Positions 11,764 to 20,302 of a stretch of 64,000 nucleotides of DNA are shown piece by piece. The stretch covers positions 4,128,001 through 4,192,000 of the forward strand of contig OY969811.1 in assembly GCA_963703315.1 (NCBI GenBank), read 5' to 3'. The notes beneath the pieces are model-generated. The model did not search any database. It saw only the letters and a list, made by a program, of their open reading frames with translations, and was not told the DNA's origin. Within the stretch, counting starts at the first letter, position 1, and every line of letters starts with the position of its first letter. Source of the DNA: an uncultured cyanobacterium. Its GTDB lineage: Bacteria > Cyanobacteriota > Cyanobacteriia > Pseudanabaenales > Pseudanabaenaceae. Both the position numbers and the translations under genes were made by a program.

Positions 11764-12333
11764 TTAGCGATCGCCATTAGGTAATCCATAAGGCTCGATC
11801 CCGTTTTGTTTGAGTAGAGCCTCATAATAATCACGCTCACGACGAATTTCGTCATCGATCGCAAAGCCTTCACCCAAATTAGCAAGGGCTTTTTCAAGAG
11901 TTTTGATTTTTGCAGTAGTAGTCTCATTTCGCTCCTGCTCAGTGCGAATCACACCAAAAGCATCATCAAATCTGCGTTCTAGAGATTCAGACAGTAATGC
12001 CCAAACTAGCGCCAGAGCTTGTTGATTGCCCTGACTACTTTGATAAAGCCAATAAGCAGTTACAACGTCCAAGGGGAGAGCATTAAATCGGGTTTGTCCT
12101 CTTTTATCAGAGGGTGACTCAACCTCAATACTGTCGGGCGTATAACCTTCTCCCCGTATAGCATTGATGCTCTTTGAGGTCAAAAAGCGTCGGGCGTTAA
12201 TTTCATCTTTGCCTACAGTTTCCGCCGCCTGAGTTTGCGACATCCGATAACTGCCATCGGGTAACATGAACCCATCAACGATTAATGCTCCGATCGCTAC
12301 GGTGGCGCGGGTTGCTTTAATTGATTCACTCAT
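11764..12333 (-). CDS. Hypothetical protein, possibly DNA-binding, with C-terminal coiled coil
   Basis: 189-aa ATG ORF; DGFMLPDGSYRMSQTQAAE resembles small DNA-binding or antirepressor-like N-domains (weak). Confidence 0.55.
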   Translation of the reverse strand: MSESIKATRATVAIGALIVDGFMLPDGSYRMSQTQAAETVGKDEINARRFLTSKSINAIRGEGYTPDSIEVESPSDKRGQTRFNALPLDVVTAYWLYQSSQGNQQALALVWALLSESLERRFDDAFGVIRTEQERNETTTAKIKTLEKALANLGEGFAIDDEIRRERDYYEALLKQNGIEPYGLPNGDR

Positions 12334-12404
12334 AAATTTTAGCTTGGGTTATTTTTGGGGTGAGAGATCGCCAAGTTTACATTCAAGCGTTTTACTAAGC
12401 TTGT

Positions 12405-12626
12405 TTAGGCGCTTAATGGTTCAAGATCGATATATTCGCATAGGGTTTTTGGCTGTGGAATTAGCATCCCATCTTCTGCAAGAGACTCTAAATGAAAAGC
12501 GATCGCTTCTTGGATCAGAGTTCTGACTTCATCGACGGTTTCAGCTACAGCCACACAACCTAGTAAATCAGGAACATAAGCTCCGTAGCTGTTTTCGCCA
12601 GTTTCAATTACAACTGCATATTTCAT
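12405..12626 (-). CDS. hicB: HicB-family antitoxin (short form)
   Basis: MKYAVVIE..YGAYVPDLLGCVA..T.DE..IQEAI.FHLE.L..G..IP.P. Confidence 0.85.
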   Translation of the reverse strand: MKYAVVIETGENSYGAYVPDLLGCVAVAETVDEVRTLIQEAIAFHLESLAEDGMLIPQPKTLCEYIDLEPLSA

Positions 12627-12629
12627 AAC

Positions 12630-12950
12630 CTATTCCTCAATATATTCGGCAACTGCTTGCAAATCTGCTAATCCTCGATTGAGGCGATCGCGCATGACAT
12701 CATTGAGTTTAGGATTGTGCAATGCGACTTCTTGAATTGCTTCTAGCCATTTGGAGATTGGTACATGACGCACGGCTTCGCGGAGTCCCATGTTTGCCAA
12801 GATACCAAGATAGAAGCCTGTTAAGTCTTGCCCACCATAACCATAGAATCCACTCCATAGCTCTAGTTTTTCAGGTGTGTATTCAAAGTACTGATCGGAG
12901 GTGATTGGAGTGCGATCGAGTTGTGGTTGGGGGAATGGTGGTTGAGTCAT
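12630..12950 (-). CDS. Hypothetical protein
   Basis: 106-aa ORF ending 3 bp before the hicB start; contains TPEKLEL. Confidence 0.6.
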   Translation of the reverse strand: MTQPPFPQPQLDRTPITSDQYFEYTPEKLELWSGFYGYGGQDLTGFYLGILANMGLREAVRHVPISKWLEAIQEVALHNPKLNDVMRDRLNRGLADLQAVAEYIEE

Positions 12951-13214
12951 GATGTTTCCTGCACTTTTTTAAGCAATCAATAGTTCAAGAGCGACATAGG
13001 GGTGCTAGACAGTCAAAGCATGATCGGCGTATTTAGATTTTTTTTATGTTATGAAATTGGCGTTTCAGCAATTGTTCGTCATTAGCTGAGCAGTGCCTTA
13101 GAGATTCGATAAAACATTAATATTAATGTTAATTGAATTTTATAAGTGATTTAGCGGATGGCTTAAAAAGATTTTTTTATTACTCTTAATAATAAATACT
13201 TTTAAGGAAATAAT

Positions 13215-13451
13215 ATGACACCATATCCTGCAAATCAGCTACTTAAAAAATTTGGAAATGCTGTTACAGCATTATCTAAGAAGTTGCCGAAGAATGAAAG
13301 AGATAATGTAAATCAGTCATGGCAAGTGGTTGAAAGAGCTATTAAAGTTAATAGTGCTGATTTTGAGGCTTTAGCCGAATATAAATCTCTGATTATCTAT
13401 CTAAGAACATCTGGTTTAATAGATCCTAATGGTAGAGAATGGGAACCTTAA
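13215..13451 (+). CDS. Small hypothetical protein in AT-rich patch
   Basis: AAGGA Shine-Dalgarno upstream of ATG; 78 aa. Confidence 0.55.
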   Translation: MTPYPANQLLKKFGNAVTALSKKLPKNERDNVNQSWQVVERAIKVNSADFEALAEYKSLIIYLRTSGLIDPNGREWEP

Positions 13452-13482
13452 ATTTATCCAAACTAAGTGAAAACTCTATGTC

Positions 13483-14295
13483 TTAGAGCGTTTTTTGAAT
13501 CATTTCTATTAATTTGTCAAGATACTCCTTGATAATATTTATTGATTTATCACTTGGGATTAGTAAATTTTTGTTTTTACCACCTAAAATTGTATCTCTA
13601 ATATATCTTATAGCTTTTTTATGAGTATTGATATTTGCAGTAGAATCTAAAATCATTTCTACTGGCATATATCTTCTGTATTTAATACTACAAACAAGCC
13701 AAGCTCTTAAATATGCATAAATAGAATCAGACAATTCTGGATATCTATCATCATTATTTTTAATACTTAATCCTCTTGATAAGGTAGTTCTAACAACATC
13801 TTTGAGCTTATCTGTTTTATCAGCTTCTAATAGATCTTCTAAAGCTTGATCATAAAGTTCTTCTAATTCACCATCCTGTCTAACTTTTATATCAATTTCT
13901 AGTCTAGAGATTAGATATTCTTCATTAGATATTATATTGTCAAGGTTTAATGATTTTACGGATTGATAGATTTTCTGTAAAGTATATAAAAGATATAGTT
14001 CCTGTCTTTTTAAAATATCAACTATATCTTTATCAAACTCTTTTCTAGCATTTTCAGTGTCTGATTCTATCCATTCTTCAATGAGAGGCTTAACAAGCTT
14101 ATCGGACAGTAAATAAGTTGAAATTAAACCTACTAATATTGACAAAACAATCGGAGGTATCAATAAGGTTTGAGGAATAATTGAACTTACTGCGAATAAG
14201 CTTAATCCAAGGACAAAAGAGATTATATTAATTATTAATATCCGAATAATCGTTACATCTTTATTGATTTTTTTCTTCTTAGATTTGCTAGTCAT
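13483..14295 (-). CDS. Hypothetical two-TM membrane protein with helical soluble domain, AT-rich
   Basis: 270-aa ORF in very AT-rich DNA; two hydrophobic segments near the N-terminus. Confidence 0.65.
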   Translation of the reverse strand: MTSKSKKKKINKDVTIIRILIINIISFVLGLSLFAVSSIIPQTLLIPPIVLSILVGLISTYLLSDKLVKPLIEEWIESDTENARKEFDKDIVDILKRQELYLLYTLQKIYQSVKSLNLDNIISNEEYLISRLEIDIKVRQDGELEELYDQALEDLLEADKTDKLKDVVRTTLSRGLSIKNNDDRYPELSDSIYAYLRAWLVCSIKYRRYMPVEMILDSTANINTHKKAIRYIRDTILGGKNKNLLIPSDKSINIIKEYLDKLIEMIQKTL

Positions 14296-14724
14296 AATTA
14301 TTTATTCTGTTGTCAATATAAATTTTTTATGATTCTTTACTTACCAAGATTACTCTTCTAAAATATTTTTATGACTATAATCAACTCTGCTATTTATCTA
14401 TTAAGCTGATTGTGTATATCCTGATTGTGTATATAATTATCAACTTTAAGGTTTTATAAAGTAAATTCTTGCATTAATTTTACTTATATTGACATATAGC
14501 AAACTATTTTGTAAATCCCTATTTTTACCAATAATGATTACTCCACTTTTTTATATAAATACTAGATCAAGTCATATCAAGAGGATGTAATGATTTGTAA
14601 CAAAATAGCCAGTTATCTACTATTTTATTATGACCCTAAACACTTATTTGCGACTCAATCTACTTGCATTATCGAGTTTAGGATTTCGTAAATTAGCTTC
14701 TTGAATTGCTTCTAGCTATTGATA

Positions 14725-15666
14725 TCAATTTATCAAATAAGTTTGTCGATAACTTCTATCTGCCATATATAAAGCCTCTGATTCAGTCCATTGCTTCATC
14801 GGTTCCAAATCTGCAACCATCACAAACTGGCTTAAATATAAATTATCCCCTAGAACATTAGTGATAACTTTGGCGATCGCCTTGCAGCAACTTTGCGGAT
14901 AACGTACTACTTGCTCCTCACTAAAGCGAATCACAATCCAATTTTTATCAAGGAAAAAGTTATTCCGCTTGGTATCTTTGCTAGCCCCAACAAAGTGAGT
15001 AGGAACTTTGTTGTTATAGGCATAAGGCTCATCAATCTCTATGTCAATGTATAGATTTACAGACTTGTCGATATAGACAAAATCAGGACTGTAATGATGT
15101 TTAAAATTTGGAATATTGAGGGTAAGCCCGCGTTTTACTTTGTCCTTGAAATAGTGGTTGAGATATGCATAAAACTTAGCTTCTGAGAATCCTGTTGGAG
15201 CCTTACTATTTCCTCCATCATTGGGTTTGGTTTGCCTGAGTATCCGCAAAAGCTCTAATTTTCGATACGAAGCTATATTTTCGTGACTATGGATATGCTT
15301 GATCTGTTGCTCATATTCTCGTTTCGCCTGTTGATAGGACTGCAATAACTTTGGATATTTCTTTACTTCATCATCGTGCGCTCGCTTGCGCTGTGGAAAA
15401 CTCTGATTCATTGACCATGCGAGATAAGCGATCGCAACAGTGCTTAGGGCGATCGCGGCAATACCTAGCCAAATATGAAAAAATGCAAGCGCTAATGACG
15501 CGACAAAGCCAACAATCATCCATCTTGTTAATACCTTTCTGTCATAGATTTCTGGTAGTGAAGATGGTTTTTGTGGTGCTGTCTCTGTAAATACAGGTAC
15601 AGGTGGATTGATACTTTGGGCGCGTTGTATGGAGCTAGGAATTAAGATGATTGGATAGGTAGATAT
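14725..15666 (-). CDS. Membrane-anchored DUF559/Vsr-like PD-(D/E)xK nuclease-fold protein; frame open upstream of the called ATG (15519) to an ATA at 15666
   Basis: YSPDFVY..IDIEIDEPY..H..D.KRNNFFL.KNWIVIRFSEEQV; TM hairpin; in-frame extension ISTYPIILIPSSIQRAQ. Confidence 0.65.
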   Translation of the reverse strand: MSTYPIILIPSSIQRAQSINPPVPVFTETAPQKPSSLPEIYDRKVLTRWMIVGFVASLALAFFHIWLGIAAIALSTVAIAYLAWSMNQSFPQRKRAHDDEVKKYPKLLQSYQQAKREYEQQIKHIHSHENIASYRKLELLRILRQTKPNDGGNSKAPTGFSEAKFYAYLNHYFKDKVKRGLTLNIPNFKHHYSPDFVYIDKSVNLYIDIEIDEPYAYNNKVPTHFVGASKDTKRNNFFLDKNWIVIRFSEEQVVRYPQSCCKAIAKVITNVLGDNLYLSQFVMVADLEPMKQWTESEALYMADRSYRQTYLIN

Positions 15667-15819
15667 GATCTTCGGTTTTTATGTAGAAAGATTTAGGTTT
15701 TTTATAACAACATTGTGGGGCAACTTGCAGGATTTTGCTCAACTAGGCAAGCCTGTCAAAAAGATGTAATAATTTGTAACAGAATTAACAAGCGATCGCT
15801 TAGCCATGCGATCAAACTC

Positions 15820-16221
15820 ATGGAACCCGAATCAATAAATACGGAAACTTCTAACGCCGAAACTAAACCTGTACTCAATATAACCATAGTTGAGGAGTCT
15901 GAAGTCAAAGAAGAACCTCATCGTCATGAATGTGGCGTATGCGGCTATATATATGAACCTTCTATTGGTGATACCAAGCGGGATATTCCTGCGGGTACTC
16001 CCTTTGAAGAAATCTCCGAAGACTGGCGATGTCCTGTCTGCAACACCAAGAAAAAAGCTTTTGCAGATATTGGTGTCGCCGCCAAACCATCGGGCTTTAC
16101 CGAAAATCTTGGCTATGGTCTAGGCGTTAACGTCATGACCCCAAATCAAAAAAACTTACTGATATTTGGCTCTCTGGCTCTCGCAGTCATTTTCTTCTTG
16201 AGCTTGTACGCCCTCGATTAA
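15820..16221 (+). CDS. rubA: Membrane-anchored rubredoxin (photosystem assembly)
   Basis: CGVCGYIY and WRCPVC rubredoxin knuckles, GF.ENLGYGLGVN, C-terminal TM; ATG 15820 preferred over the longer ORF call. Confidence 0.93.
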   Translation: MEPESINTETSNAETKPVLNITIVEESEVKEEPHRHECGVCGYIYEPSIGDTKRDIPAGTPFEEISEDWRCPVCNTKKKAFADIGVAAKPSGFTENLGYGLGVNVMTPNQKNLLIFGSLALAVIFFLSLYALD

Positions 16222-16265
16222 CCCATTTATTTAGCATCATACTTTTATATATTTATCAGATTTTT

Positions 16266-17270
16266 ATGAATAAAAGCATAAAACGCTTACTTACCTCCTT
16301 CTCACTTTGCCTATTACTGATCTGTACAACCTTCTTTGGCAGTGCAATGCCCAGTGCTTCCGCCAATCATGGTAACTGGCACAAGGTCGAGCTACCTGTA
16401 GCCATCACTCCCCTCGATCTTTGGTTTGACAAATATGACCCTGATCACGGCTGGCTAGTGGGTACTGATGCCACTTTGCTGGAATCCACCGATGGCGGTA
16501 ATACATGGGAAGAGCGCAAACTCGATCTCGGTGATGGCATTTATCGCTTTTCATCGATTAGCTTCTCTGGAGATGAGGGTTGGATTACAGGACAACCTTC
16601 ACTCTTGCTACATACCACCGATAGCGGCAGATCTTGGTCACGCATTGGACTTAGCTCAAAACTCCCAGGCGATCCCTTTGCGATCGTCGCTCAAGGTCGC
16701 AATTCTGCGGAAATGGTCACCGACTTAGGCGCGATTTATCAGACTCAAGATGCTGGACAAAACTGGAAGGCTCTAGTTACCCAAGCTGTCGGCAATGCCC
16801 GTAACCTCAACCGTAGTGAAGATGGTCGTTATGTGGCAATCTCCGCCAATGGGAATTTTTATTCCACATGGCAACCAGGGGATATGACTTGGATTCAGCA
16901 CAATCGCAATAGCTCGCGCCGTGTGCAGAATATGGGCTACACTCCCGACAATCGCCTGTGGATGTTAAATCGTGGCGGTCAAGTTCAGTTTAGCGAAGTT
17001 GGCGAATTTGATACATGGGAGAAAAAACAAACTCCTAAGGAAGGCGGCGGCTTTGGTTTGCTAGATCTTGCCTATCAAGATGAAAATAACGTCTGGATTT
17101 CTGGTGGTAGTTCGAGACTACTCCATAGCGAAGATGGGGGCAAAACTTGGAAACGTGATGAGTCCGCAGCTAATGCAGGGGCGAACCTTTACAAGCTTTA
17201 CTTCTTTTCAAGCGATCGCGGTTTTGTAGTTGGACAAAACGGCACATTGCTAGCCTATACCCCAGACTAA
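16266..17270 (+). CDS. ycf48: Photosystem II assembly factor Ycf48/Hcf136
   Basis: BNR repeats (STDGGNTW, TQDAGQNW), HNRNSSRRVQNMG, position after rubA. Confidence 0.95.
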   Translation: MNKSIKRLLTSFSLCLLLICTTFFGSAMPSASANHGNWHKVELPVAITPLDLWFDKYDPDHGWLVGTDATLLESTDGGNTWEERKLDLGDGIYRFSSISFSGDEGWITGQPSLLLHTTDSGRSWSRIGLSSKLPGDPFAIVAQGRNSAEMVTDLGAIYQTQDAGQNWKALVTQAVGNARNLNRSEDGRYVAISANGNFYSTWQPGDMTWIQHNRNSSRRVQNMGYTPDNRLWMLNRGGQVQFSEVGEFDTWEKKQTPKEGGGFGLLDLAYQDENNVWISGGSSRLLHSEDGGKTWKRDESAANAGANLYKLYFFSSDRGFVVGQNGTLLAYTPD

Positions 17271-17299
17271 AAAAAGCCTCGCATTGCGAGGCTTTTTTT
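17268..17299. terminator. Bidirectional intrinsic terminator between convergent ycf48 and plsC
   Basis: aaaaaaagcctcgc-att-gcgaggcttttttt. Confidence 0.85.
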
Positions 17300-17969
17300 A
17301 TCTGCCTAATGCGTGGAGTGCGTTGATTGCATCCGCGCATTTTTGTGTGTATGCCTCAAGAGTTGCGCGATCGCCTGCTTCTGGCGCAGGAATTAACTCA
17401 CCGATCCTGACGGTCACTGGCTGAAATAACTTCGGAAATTTCGCACCCTTCGGCAGAATTGTCTCTGTACCCCATACACAGACTGGTAAAAAAGGAGCAT
17501 TAGTTTTTGAAGCAATCATGGCTGCCCCTAGCTTCGGTTCCGTAATCTTGCCGTCAAGGGTGCGTGTACCCTGCAAAAAAATACCTGTTGCCCAACCCTT
17601 ATTAATCGACTCGATCGCCGATCTAATGGCAGCGCGATCGCCTGCCCCTCGCTTGACTGGATAAGCCCCAAATGCCTGAATTGCTTGGCTCAAAACAGGT
17701 ATTTCAAATAATTCTTCCTTCGCCATAAAAGCAACGGGACGAGCCATACAACTACCAACGATCAAAGGATCAAAATCACTGGCATGGTTACTAACCACGA
17801 TTAGATTGCCAGTTAACGGCACATTTTCTGTACCATAAATGCGTTCTTGGTAAAACAAATACAGTAGTGGTCTTACCACTAGCCACTTGAACATCATATA
17901 TAGGATATGACTACCGCCTTTAGCCTTTTCGTTGTCTTTGGTAGTTATAGGGGTGGTATCGTTTGCCAT
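17298..17969 (-). CDS. plsC: 1-acyl-sn-glycerol-3-phosphate acyltransferase
   Basis: NHASDFD (NHX4D), FMAKEELF, GAYPVKRG, F.QGTR. Confidence 0.9.
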   Translation of the reverse strand: MANDTTPITTKDNEKAKGGSHILYMMFKWLVVRPLLYLFYQERIYGTENVPLTGNLIVVSNHASDFDPLIVGSCMARPVAFMAKEELFEIPVLSQAIQAFGAYPVKRGAGDRAAIRSAIESINKGWATGIFLQGTRTLDGKITEPKLGAAMIASKTNAPFLPVCVWGTETILPKGAKFPKLFQPVTVRIGELIPAPEAGDRATLEAYTQKCADAINALHALGR

Positions 17970-18082
17970 TTACCAATTTTCCAGAACATTGCTACTTAAA
18001 CTTAATACGAATTAGGCACATAAGGCTTCGGCTTTTTTGGGTGCGGCTTCGCCGCGCCCAAAAAAAGCTAGTTCTTAGGCTC

Positions 18083-18190
18083 TTAAAGCAGTTTTCGATC
18101 AAAAGGAACCATAAGAAACTTTTTAAAAGCGTTGCTTTGCAACGCTTTTAAAAAGTTTCTTGGTTTGGGTTTGAGCGCAAAGTGCTGTAA
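18083..18190. mobile_element. About 105-bp MITE-like palindromic element, copy 1, overlapping the bolA 3' end
   Basis: Shares cgatcaaa.gaacca.aagaa..aaagcgttgctt.gcaacgcttt..ttcttggtt.gggtttgagcgcaaagtgctgtaa with 29688-29793. Confidence 0.75.
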
Positions 18191-18471
18191 AGCTGTTGCC
18201 ATTGTTCTGGAGTATAGGTTTTAAGTGATAAGGCATGAATCGTGGTCTGCATCTGGTCAGCAAGGGCGGCATAGACCATCCGATGTTGCTGCATCATGGT
18301 TTTACCTGCAAAGCTGTCAGCAACGACGATCGCATCATAATGACCACTACCCACAGGTGCATTCATCCGTCCTTGATGATGTTTATGTAAATCACTACGA
18401 TCTTCTATCTCAATGATAGTTGCCCCAATTTTTGCTTGTAAAATACTTTTGATTGTGGCGATATTATCCAT
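18148..18471 (-). CDS. bolA: BolA family protein
   Basis: IEDRSDLH..GHY..IVV.DSFAGK..QQHRMVY.AL..IHALSLKT. Confidence 0.92.
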   Translation of the reverse strand: MDNIATIKSILQAKIGATIIEIEDRSDLHKHHQGRMNAPVGSGHYDAIVVADSFAGKTMMQQHRMVYAALADQMQTTIHALSLKTYTPEQWQQLYSTLRSNPNQETF

Positions 18472-18550
18472 TTTTAGTGACTGCTATTACTTCTATCTTT
18501 TTAATTTAACGTTTTAATTTAACGCTTAGTTGCGATAAAATTTCTGGGCT

Positions 18551-19261
18551 TTAAGAAGGTCTTTGTAAAGCAGCACATCTTGTAGACCTAATGCGTTGCT
18601 CCGATCGCGGATCGATTTTGAGATTAATGGTTTGATGCTTACTGCGATCAACTAAAGGAAACTGAGTTTGCCAATTGCTAATAATGTGAAAATAATTTTC
18701 AGCATCCTCTAGACAGTATTCATAGATTTCATTAAGAATTGTTTCATAACCCCTCTCTTTTCGTAAGACTTTAATGCCATTACGAAAAACATAATATCCT
18801 TTGATTCTTTTATCAATCGGAATTCCTAAATATGCAAATAGATTATTTAAGCCTTGATTGAGTCCTGTACGCTGGCTTGTTCTCTGTAAATCTAGAATTC
18901 TAATACTATCAATTTTAGGAATAAAGTCTAAAGCATCTATTCTTTGACGTAAACAAAACATATCGCTAGTTGACAAACCATATCCTACAAAATACTTACC
19001 CCGCAAGCTATGTAAGTCATGCAATATATCTTGAATTATTTTCTTCTCTTGTGTACTAGATTCAATAAATTGGATTTTGATGTATTGTTCATTACTATCT
19101 TCTAAAATGCGCGTAAGTGTGTAACCAAAAATCTTTTGTACTGAACCATTTTTCTGAAAGTCGCGACACCATTCTAAGTCTAAAAAAACAAGGTCGTAGA
19201 TTGAACCATCGTAAAAATTGTTTATATATTGACTTGGAATCTTAAATTCCTTTTTATACAT
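18551..19261 (-). CDS. RNase H-fold DEDDy-type 3'-5' exonuclease-like protein (RNase_H_2/YprB-like)
   Basis: ExoI FLDLEW, ExoII-like VGYG..SD, LDL, ExoIII YCLED; AT-rich. Confidence 0.65.
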   Translation of the reverse strand: MYKKEFKIPSQYINNFYDGSIYDLVFLDLEWCRDFQKNGSVQKIFGYTLTRILEDSNEQYIKIQFIESSTQEKKIIQDILHDLHSLRGKYFVGYGLSTSDMFCLRQRIDALDFIPKIDSIRILDLQRTSQRTGLNQGLNNLFAYLGIPIDKRIKGYYVFRNGIKVLRKERGYETILNEIYEYCLEDAENYFHIISNWQTQFPLVDRSKHQTINLKIDPRSEQRIRSTRCAALQRPS

Positions 19262-19499
19262 AGAGTTTGGCTTAGTGGAGGGCTAGGAGAAGGGCTAGCG
19301 AGTAGAATAAACTACTATCTATATATGTATACATCCTAACCGTAATATTCAGTTTGCGATCGCTCACGTTGCACAAATTAAAATCTCCAAAATAGTGACG
19401 ATACTTCACACTAGGATTCTGCGATTTCATCAAGAAAGTGGCACGGCTTCGCCGTGCCACTTTCTTGATTTGTGTCCTCTATGTTTACTTTAGGGGTTT

Positions 19500-20192
19500 C
19501 TAGATTTCAAAATTAAATCCATTTTGCTTGAGTTGAATATATTTAATCTCATCAAATTGATAAAGCTTTGCAGCACGATGGGCTACACCTTGCTCGACTT
19601 CGCCAGTATCGATCAGCAAATCCATATTCAAGATTTTTTTGCGAAAGTTACGTTTGTCAAGCTGGCGATCGCAGACAGTTTCATATAGTTTTTGCAGTTG
19701 TGACAGGGTGAAGTTTTTAGGTAATAACTCAAAACCAATTGGTTCATAACGGATTTTGCCCCGCAGTCGGGCGATCGCCTTTTGCAAAATCTGCTCATGG
19801 TCAAAAGCTAACTGGGGAATTTTGGCAATCGGAAACCATTCAGCTTCACGCGCATCGGTGGCGGCTTGAATTTTTTGATCTACCAAATTAATCAGGGCAT
19901 AATAGGCGACTGTAACCGTGCGATCGCGAGGATCTCGCCCCAAATCACCAAAGGTATATAGCTGCTCTAGATAAACATCCTGTATCCCTGTTTCCTCTTG
20001 CAGTTCTCGCAAAGCCGCCTGTTCCAAAGTTTCCTCCATTCGCACAAATCCCCCTGGGATCGCCCATTGTCCTTGAAATGGCGGAATATCGCGTTTAATC
20101 AGCATAATTTTCAGCTCTAGCTCCGCATCTAGTCCAAAAACGATGCAGTCAACAGTTAAGGCGGGTCGAGGGTATTCGTAGGTGTGGGACAT
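19500..20192 (-). CDS. nrtR: NrtR-family regulator (Nudix ADP-ribose sensor plus C-terminal winged HTH)
   Basis: [10 protein letters not shown], Nudix box [68 protein letters not shown]. Confidence 0.92.
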   Translation of the reverse strand: MSHTYEYPRPALTVDCIVFGLDAELELKIMLIKRDIPPFQGQWAIPGGFVRMEETLEQAALRELQEETGIQDVYLEQLYTFGDLGRDPRDRTVTVAYYALINLVDQKIQAATDAREAEWFPIAKIPQLAFDHEQILQKAIARLRGKIRYEPIGFELLPKNFTLSQLQKLYETVCDRQLDKRNFRKKILNMDLLIDTGEVEQGVAHRAAKLYQFDEIKYIQLKQNGFNFEI

Positions 20193-20244
20193 AGGTTTTC
20201 ATGTATGCAAAGTTGCTGCTACGCAGCAACTTTGCAAGTGATAG

Positions 20245-20273
20245 TTGACATAGTGTAAAAATAACACTATAGT
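20245..20273 (+). promoter_or_regulatory. Consensus sigma70 promoter for the PP2C-vWA operon
   Basis: TTGACA (20245-20250), 17-bp spacer, TATAGT (20268-20273). Confidence 0.8.
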
Positions 20274-20296
20274 AGTTTGTGTAGTTTATACACTAT
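20250..20296. promoter_or_regulatory. Two tandem 21-bp NrtR-type operators (GT-N7-AC)
   Basis: ATAGTGT-aaaaata-ACACTAT (20250-20270, perfect arms) and TTTGTGT-agtttat-ACACTAT (20276-20296). Confidence 0.8.
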
Positions 20297-20302
20297 ATCG
20301 CT

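Noticed and set aside
15715..15819. Long N-terminal extension of rubA
   Set aside because: Non-ATG start running through promoter-like DNA; ATG 15820 gives a normal RubA.
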